A DNA stretch of 54,447 nucleotides, the filler included, from Thelocarpon superellum (lineage: Eukaryota), in assembly GCA_026025795.1 (NCBI GenBank). It is 2 parts of 2 records of this genome, joined end to end, with 100 filler letters (N's around TTAATTAATTAA, not from the genome) between each part and the next. Parts side by side here need not be neighbours in the genome. Positions count along the whole stretch, not along the records: positions 27,307 to 54,447 come from JAPEUG010000250.1; 1 more part is not named here. One strand, 5' to 3'. The translations under genes were made by a program, and so were the position numbers. Shown piece after piece: positions 47,496 to 54,447 of this stretch. The notes under the pieces were generated by a model that had not been told where the DNA came from, did not search any database, and saw only the letters and a list, made by a program, of their open reading frames with translations. Position 1 is the stretch's first letter. Every line of letters starts with the position of its first letter.

Positions 47496-48213
47496 ACATC
47501 AAAGGCGGGCTCTTGATGGTATCTCACAGCTTGCGACACATACTAGGTGTTCGTAGTTGATTTGCTTTGACACTGGTGGGAGCGTCAGAAGTCCCGGTCT
47601 GTACGTGGTCCCAGGAGACCTTTAGTCGGCGTTCGTCTACGGTCGAGGGTGCAGAGGTACCCCACTTGCTCGGCTACTTTTGGCGTACCCAAATGCGTGA
47701 GAAGCGTCTCATGTTCAATTCCTTCATGAGGTTCATTTTTGCCACTCAAAAATAGGGTCACTGGATATAAGTCGGATACGAAAGAGCTTGAAGATGCCGA
47801 TGTTGAAGTACACACGGCCACTTCTACCTTGTTTTTGTGGCATGTCGCGGCTGGGTCTCGTGCTGAGTGAGGAGTGGGTCTCCTACGACTCCTCCGACTC
47901 AAGAAATGTTGTCTCGACGGGAATCACTGCTCTTGCGGACCAGGTCTACTGAAGAACTATCACGATGTCTTTCAACGGGGCACCCTCGGGCAACTGCGCT
48001 CGGAGAGTGACGCTGCTGACCGCCACACGGAACCCGGGATTCATGGTTTCTGCTGAGATTGAATCCATTTTGAGTCTAGTAGAGGCTACGTGCAGTCATG
48101 CAAATCCCCATTCCAGCACCCAGGTCCAGCGCGAGATGGAGAGATGGAGAGCTTGAATGCGCCTCTGCCCAGCCTCCATGCCCGCCAGATTACTCCATGA
48201 CGGATTCACGGAT

Positions 48214-51200
48214 TCACGGATTTACAGTGGCCACGAGATCGGCCATGTAGCCGGCCAGAGGCCGATTGTGCGCAAAGACATACCACAGCTGTGGCAGGAC
48301 GGGAGCGAAGAGATCGCGCATGGAGACGCACCCGGTGCCGGTGCCGGTGCCGCCTTCGCCCGGGGGCTCGCCGCGCTCCTTGGGCATGTTGCGCGCCAGG
48401 TTGCGCAGGACCAGCGCGGCCGTCAGCGGCAGCCCGGCGGCGTCGCCGCGCTCGTCCACGGCGGTGTTGTAGTGCACCTGCGTCTGGTACTCGGCCTCCT
48501 GCGCCGCGTTGGGACCCTTGACCGGGCGGTCGCCCGGCTTCCGCTTCGGATCGGGCAGGTGCATCTTGATGTGCATGGCCACGGACATGGCCTTGGTCGT
48601 GCCCTCGCGCGCATAGGCGTGGCAGCTGCCCCACCGACACAGATACCGTCGATCCGGCTGCTCCGTGCTGTCGTAGCGTCCGTCGGGGTGCTTGGGCACG
48701 TGCAGATGGTCGTCGAGGATATGCCGCCACATGCCCTCGGCGGTCAGGGCAAATGCGCCACAGGCCGTCTTCTCGGCCACGCGCCAGGTGCAGCGCTCGT
48801 ACACCTGGCCGTCGGGGCTCATGGGCAGGTGGCGCGGGCGGATGCCCTTGATGATGAATTTGGTGAGGGGTCCTTGCAGCACTTGCGCGCTGGCGTTCGC
48901 AAAGGTCGCGCTGATGTGCTTGATGAACTCGGCCGCCGGGAGGATGGCGTGGCCGGGGGTCTGGTGCTCGAGGAAGCGCGACTGGTAGGCCTGCCAGAGC
49001 GCGATCTGCGTGATGTCGGAATCCGCGTCTTCCTCGAAGCACGCACGGAGCCTGTCCCACCATCCGATTGTCAGCCAGGCGGCACTCGCGCGGAGATGCG
49101 AAGAGAGGGGGGGGGAGGCTCGACGCACCAATGCGAGCTACGTTCGGGCTCGGCGTAGGTCAAGAGCTTGGCCAGGAGATCCGGCGGCAGCATCGGCAAC
49201 TCCGTCGCCGGCTTCTCCTTCACGGGGGCTTTGATCATGCGCTTGGTCTCGACCTGGGTGGCGCCATGGAGCAGCAGACGCACGAGCTGATGGAGAAGAC
49301 CGCCGAGATTCATGTCGCGGGCCAGGGCCTCGACGTTGTCCGGCACGGCCGTGTACTGGTAGAGAAAGTCCAAGCACGCGTGCACCAGCTCCTCGTCGTC
49401 AATCATGGTCCAGTCGGACACGCGCTCCACGAGGGGGAGAGGGATGCCGTCCAGCCGGTTGTGCTCGTCGAGGTTCATGGAGATGCGGCTCAGGGCGCGC
49501 AAGGCGGTCAGGATGGCGCCGCGGTCCGAGTCGTCGAGCTGGGCGAGGAGCGAGCGGTACAGCGGGTCGTCGGGGCCGAGGGCGTAGTACTTGGTCAGCT
49601 GCTCGGCCATGTCGAGGGCGTAGTGCTGCATCTCCACCACGGCCGGGCGGGCGGGCAGGTTCAGGGCGACGGTGATCAGGTCGCGAATGGGCGCCTGCCG
49701 GGCGAGGTATTGCGCATTCTCCTCCAGCATGGTCATGTTGCGGAGGACCAGGGCGGCTTCGTTGATCCGGACCATCTTCTGCGCAAAGTCCTCCGTCTCC
49801 AGCGAATCGGAGGGGTAGCGCTCCAACGACTGGATGCGCTGCAGGAGGTCGGCCGTGCTGTTGATCCCGTCCAAGGCGTCGACGGGCGGCGCCTCGGGCT
49901 CGTCGTAGACGATGCGCCAGGCGACGTCGTAGAAGAGGGCGCCCACCTCGAGCGCTTTCTCGATCAGGCCCTCGGCCAGGCCCGGGAAGGCGTCGAAGCG
50001 AAACTTATCGCCGCGCTCGTGCGAGATCTTGACGAGATGGTGCAGGGCGTAGTCTTCCTCGGCGGGTATGCCGGATCGCAGCGCGAGCAGCGTGCGGACG
50101 TAGACGTTGGGACCTTCAAATCCGGTGCCGGGGAGCATCATGCCCTTGTACACGGCAGCCTTCTTGCCATCCTTGTCGGCCTTGGTGTCCTGCGCGTCCT
50201 TCAGGGCACGCTGTCGCTCTTTGAACAGCGTCGGGTTGTTGCCCGGCGTCACGACGGGGCGCAGGGTGAGCGGCATCTGCGGCCGCGGGTCGTAGCTGCC
50301 CACGGTGAAGGACATGCTCTGGGGATTGGACGAGTTGTAGAGGCTGGCCGGCGCCGGCGGTCCACTCGGCTGCGGGGACTGCGTGTTGGAGGCGTGCTGC
50401 CGCGGTTGGCGCGACGACGACAGATCGGGCTGGAAGAGGACGCGTTGCGGCGGCGCCTGACGGAGACCTAGCACCAGTCGCATGTCAGAAAGCGACGGGC
50501 GGACGACGGAGAAAGAGACGGCCAGCGACTGACCTCGGGTGACTCTACCCCCACTACCGGGATCGTCGCTCTGACCGCGCTCCTGGTCCGGCGTCGTCAC
50601 GCGCTCCTCGTCGCCGAGGCCGTCAGACTCTTCGCCGTTCGTCGGACGGGTACTCTCGCGACCGACGGCATGTGGTTTGTAGTTCTCCACCGTGCGATTC
50701 AGGATGTCGCCGCCTCGAGCACTAATGTCTTCGAGGATCTCTTTGGGAGGTGGCTCTCGGCCGTGAACCGTCGAGATCTCGTAGGCCCTAACAGTGAACG
50801 GCAGTCAGCCGATGTGCGCGCGCGCAGTCAGTGCAGTCAAGATCAGTCGGGAGCGGAGCACATACGCCAGGTTTCGATAGTAGACCGTCTTCATGGAGAA
50901 GGCCAGCGCGGGCAGATTGGTGGCGCCCAGGGCGTATTCTTGCCCGAGCTTTCTCCAGGCGAGCTTCTCGGAGCTGACGGAGTCGTAGCCTCCCTTGCTC
51001 ACCACAGCTTTGAAGAGCCGGAGCAGGTCGATGTGGCGTGTGCCCACGCGCGGACGCGGGTCGAAGTTGGTCCTGTCACGCTGAGCTAGGACTCCAGATC
51101 GGCCTGACGATGACGATGACCAATGGTCCGTGGTCAAAAGCCACCGACGGCAGGAACGGCCAACTCACCCTCGCTGTTCATGATAGGCAGTCAGCTTGGC

Positions 51201-51266
51201 AATGAAGTCGTCATATTCTTCCGTGTGTTCAATCGAGGGCTCTCGGGTGCGTCCTGGAGGCGCCAT
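48214..51266 (-). CDS. RSC9: RSC chromatin-remodelling subunit Rsc9 (ARID domain plus RFX-like winged helix); introns 51073-51168, 50788-50865, 50468-50533, 49052-49128
   Basis: YDDFIAKLTAYHEQRG|TNFD..IDLLRLFKAVVSKGGYDSV..LAWRKLG (ARID), GPNVYVRTLLALRSG..YALHHLVKIS, WLRACFEED..ITQIALWQAY, LTAALVLRNLAR. Confidence 0.93.
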
Positions 51267-51805
51267 GATGAACGGTTCGTCTCGATGGTCTGTCACGCGC
51301 GGAATGGTGCAACGAAGCTGGGGTCACAGCTGCACCCGCCCTGGCAGGGCGATGCGACACTGGACAAGGGCGCCCTAGCGACGCGGGCACAAAGGGGCGG
51401 TCCAGCAAGGACGAGAGGTGTGGTGCATCAGATCTCGGAACAGTTTGGACATCAAGCTTGAAGACGCGACGGCTAATAGTCGATGGTTGACACGCCGATT
51501 AGAGGAAGCGATGAGAGGTGTGCCGGGTAACGTGGCGTGGAAGCGGGCCATCGACGCGAGATACGCACGAGACAGGAGAAGCGCCAGAGCCGCGGGCTTC
51601 GAGTGATTCACCCATCACACATCAGATGTCACCGTTGCTGGATACTTGGTAACCTCTTCCTTTCCGGTGAATCTTCGTCTCCTTAGTATCAGGTCCATGG
51701 GCCACGTTCGCCTCATGGGATCTTCATGTCGCCGAGGTGTCACTCCCTTGTTCCCTGTCCATTCTCTTTAGACAGTGTCCAGGTTCACGGCCATCTCTTT
51801 CCGTC

Positions 51806-53595
51806 ATGGCGCCGCTGGATACCTTTTCGTCCGAGTTTCTTTTCAGAGCCAACTTGGTCCTGGCCGCGCGAAAGATGCCCGATCCGGCCGAAAGTGTGCA
51901 ACGTCGGCGAGAAGATGACATGCACATGGATGTGCAGGATGTCTCCAACTCCTTCGGCGTGTCCCGGAGGATCCTGCGGGTCGCTAGTCCGTCACAGACT
52001 CTTGTGCGGTGCTCCATACCCACATCATATGATGTCATTTACTAGGCGATGCAGGAATCGTCCGGCGTGGGCCGAGATTGATGTTGATTATAGGAAACGC
52101 TGGACCTAGACCACGAGATGCGCCACCCATCCATGGCCGGTCTGAAGCGCGATGGCATCCAAGTCCCCGCGGACGAGCTTTCGTTCTGTGCCTTTGTCAG
52201 ACCACCGCTGCGGATGGGGTTCAACTACTATCGGGACGGCAAGGTCAGTGACCGGTTTGGCGTGAGGACGTTGTCGCTCCAGACCGCTGACTCTATCTGC
52301 CCCGGTCGCAGCCGAGGACGATGCAGCTGGAATTCTACCACGAATCCGATTGTGTCTCGCTCGTGACGCTGTTGAAGACGATCGGCTTGCCCGTGCGAGC
52401 GGCGGTGGCAAGCCGGCCGCTGTCGAGCTCGCGCCCGATGTCTAACCCGCGGGCTCTGACGACGGAGAGCCGGAATTCGCAGGAGAGCATATCTCAGCTC
52501 TCGTCGTCGCAACGACCCCCCTACCCACTACCTGACATGGCGCCCGTCCCACGCCTTCGGACCCCGCATTCATCCCACGGCCATCTGCCAGGTGCGCAGG
52601 ACTCGAACTTGGATCTCTTGCCGATGCCGATGCCGATCCCGACCGCACCAAGGGAAGGATTGCCTGATCAGTATCGACCTCGTCCAGCATCCAGTGAGGC
52701 ACCAGGACAACCTCCTACGTCGAGTAGGGGCAGTTTGCATCCCAGGTGCATGACTCCCCCGGCCTCACAAGAGCTCTACGGACGTCCACGGCTCATCGGG
52801 AAGGGAGGCGGGAGTCAGGCTCCTCGACCCCCCGGTAGGGAGCTGCAGTTGCCTGGGGCCCAAGCATTACACCAATCCATGGTGGCAGCAGCTCCTCCGT
52901 CCTGTACGCCGCCTCTCGTTCCTCCGCATGTACCTTCGCCGGTCGACGCTCGGGTCCAAGAGACCCGGAAACGAAAGCGGGTGTCGAACGCTTCGTTGAC
53001 TCCAACGCGTCGGAGCAGCAGACTCGCGGCCAGGTCGAGTGATATGGCAGTCCCTGTGCCAATTCCTACGATGCCGACAGTACCCATGCAGGAGCCAGGC
53101 CCGATCCCCGTGCCGGCTGCTCCAGCGAGCAAAGTGGAAGGAGTACCCAAAAAGGCCAGGGGACGACCGCGTTCATCGCGTGGCTCACGCTCCACCGCCG
53201 CGACTACCAAAGGGGTTGCCACACCACCAGTCGTCACCCAGGGATGCAGCGTCACGGCTACAGCCAGCAGAGGTGCTGATCGGCTAAGTAGCTCATTCGA
53301 CGCGCTCGTCGCCGGGAAACTGGCTCGCGAGAAAGCGCAGGAGCAGGCGAAATGGGTCAAGATGACGACGGAAGAACGACTGCTCACGGTGGAAAGCTTG
53401 CAAAAGGAGGAGCTGGTCGCCGTGTTCTCGCACGGCTACGACGACCTGATCTCGTCCCTCTCGGAGCGGCAACGGTTGGAGAGGAGCTTGCAGGCCCCCG
53501 ACGACATTTGGCAGGCGACGCGACTGACGGACGGGAAACTCCTCGTCGTGGAGTCGGAGCGGCCCCACGCAACGATGCCGGCCAGCACCTGGTGA
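51806..53595 (+). CDS. Probable divergent meiotic recombination protein Rec114 (PH-like N-terminus, disordered middle, helical C-terminus); introns 52004-52093 and 52244-52311
   Basis: Phase-0 introns join ILRVASPSQTL|ETLDLD..FVRPPLRMGFNYYRDGK|PRTMQLEFYHESDCVSLVTLLKTIGLP; C-terminal WVKMTTEERLLTVESL. The gene is likely real; the Rec114 identity is inferred. Confidence 0.5.
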
Positions 53596-53987
53596 CCTTG
53601 CCTTCCTTTGACGTAAGTGATTACGCGACCCCGTGGCGTCGAGGGACACGTCAAGACAATCAAATGCATCGGATCGCCGTCGGTCAGGATCTGGAGATGG
53701 AGCAGGACACGGGATGGATGAAACAGGAAGCGGGAGACATAGACGGGCTACCATGTGCGGAGGGCTGTAGAGTTTGCGATCTGGTGGACGGATTGATCGG
53801 GAGATGGGTCAGGGCATTCACAATCTGCATAACTCCGTAGCTGGATACCTGACGAGTAGTAGTACCATGGTCCTCGTGCTGGGAGAAGAGGACGGGTACT
53901 TGCGGGAGGACCGGGTTCCGCCTCCCTACCTACCCCACGCTTGGCTAAACCTCTTTCACTTCTCCACCTCCCATCTTCTGTCTCTCC

Positions 53988-54093
53988 CTTCCTCTTCCTC
54001 CTCCTCCTCCTCCTCCTCCTCCTCCTCCTCCTCCTCCTCTTCTTCCTCCTCCTCTTCTTCCTCCTCCTCTTCTTCCTCCTCTTCTTCCTCCTC
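53988..54093. repeat. Compound (CCT)n/(CTT) microsatellite
   Basis: About 105-nt pure pyrimidine triplet tract. Confidence 0.95.
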
Positions 54094-54362
54094 GGGAACT
54101 CTATGCGTGGGCGCAGCGGGCAAGGCACGGCACGACACGGAAGACACCCACGCCACATACGCCGCAACCCCGATCGGAATTCTAGTCCCATCGGGTCCAT
54201 CTATCCGTCTATCCGTCTCTCCGTCTTTCCGTCTACCCGCCCGGCACGATCCGTCTTCTGACCGGCAATCGGCGCATGGCGTCTCGCCGTGAAAGTCAAA
54301 CACTAGCAGCTGCCCGATCCCTCTAGGTGGGATTCAGGCTTCCGTAGCGCAAATCGGCTCTG

Positions 54363-54412
54363 GAAGACGGGGCTTGACGTTCTTGGCGAAGACGGGGCTT
54401 GACGTTCTTGGC
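54363..54412. repeat. 25-nt tandem direct repeat, 2 copies
   Basis: GAAGACGGGGCTTGACGTTCTTGGC occurs twice in tandem. Confidence 0.9.
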
Positions 54413-54447
54413 AGAGGATGGGATTCGAGGAAATGGGATGGACGGGG

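Noticed and set aside
53748..54303. Poly-Glu/Ser/Leu/Arg ORFs
   Set aside because: Products of the CCT/CTT microsatellite, open in several frames with no other coding signal.

Overview
GC-rich, gene-dense nuclear DNA of a filamentous ascomycete (Pezizomycotina-type). Introns are short (mostly about 50-110 nt), GT..AG, with CTRAC/CTRAT branch points. The window is two contigs joined by an artificial 100-nt N/TTAATTAATTAA spacer at 27207-27306. Most genes are housekeeping: RPB11, PAN1, a Ca2+/cation exchanger, condensin BRN1, phosphomannomutase, FMP32/DUF1640, a HAM-8-like membrane protein, UMP-CMP kinase, BFR2, IND1, an SDR, the Yap1/AP-1 bZIP, SPF30, YRB30, SUP35, a CWC16/CCDC130-family gene, RSC9 and a probable REC114. 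There is also an accessory pair of related secreted Cys proteins. The standout is a tRNA-Pro(UGG) gene at 47338-47475. It carries a normal 17-nt anticodon-loop intron plus a 49-nt insert in the T-loop/B-box with all the marks of a U2 spliceosomal intron (GTAAGT..CTAAT..AAG); exact removal restores a complete 72-nt cloverleaf. Other notable items are a Yap1 apparently lacking its H2O2-sensing cysteines and an upstream exon of the UMP-CMP kinase that can be spliced into either a microprotein or a fusion. All gene identities come from recognising motifs by eye; no database searches were run.
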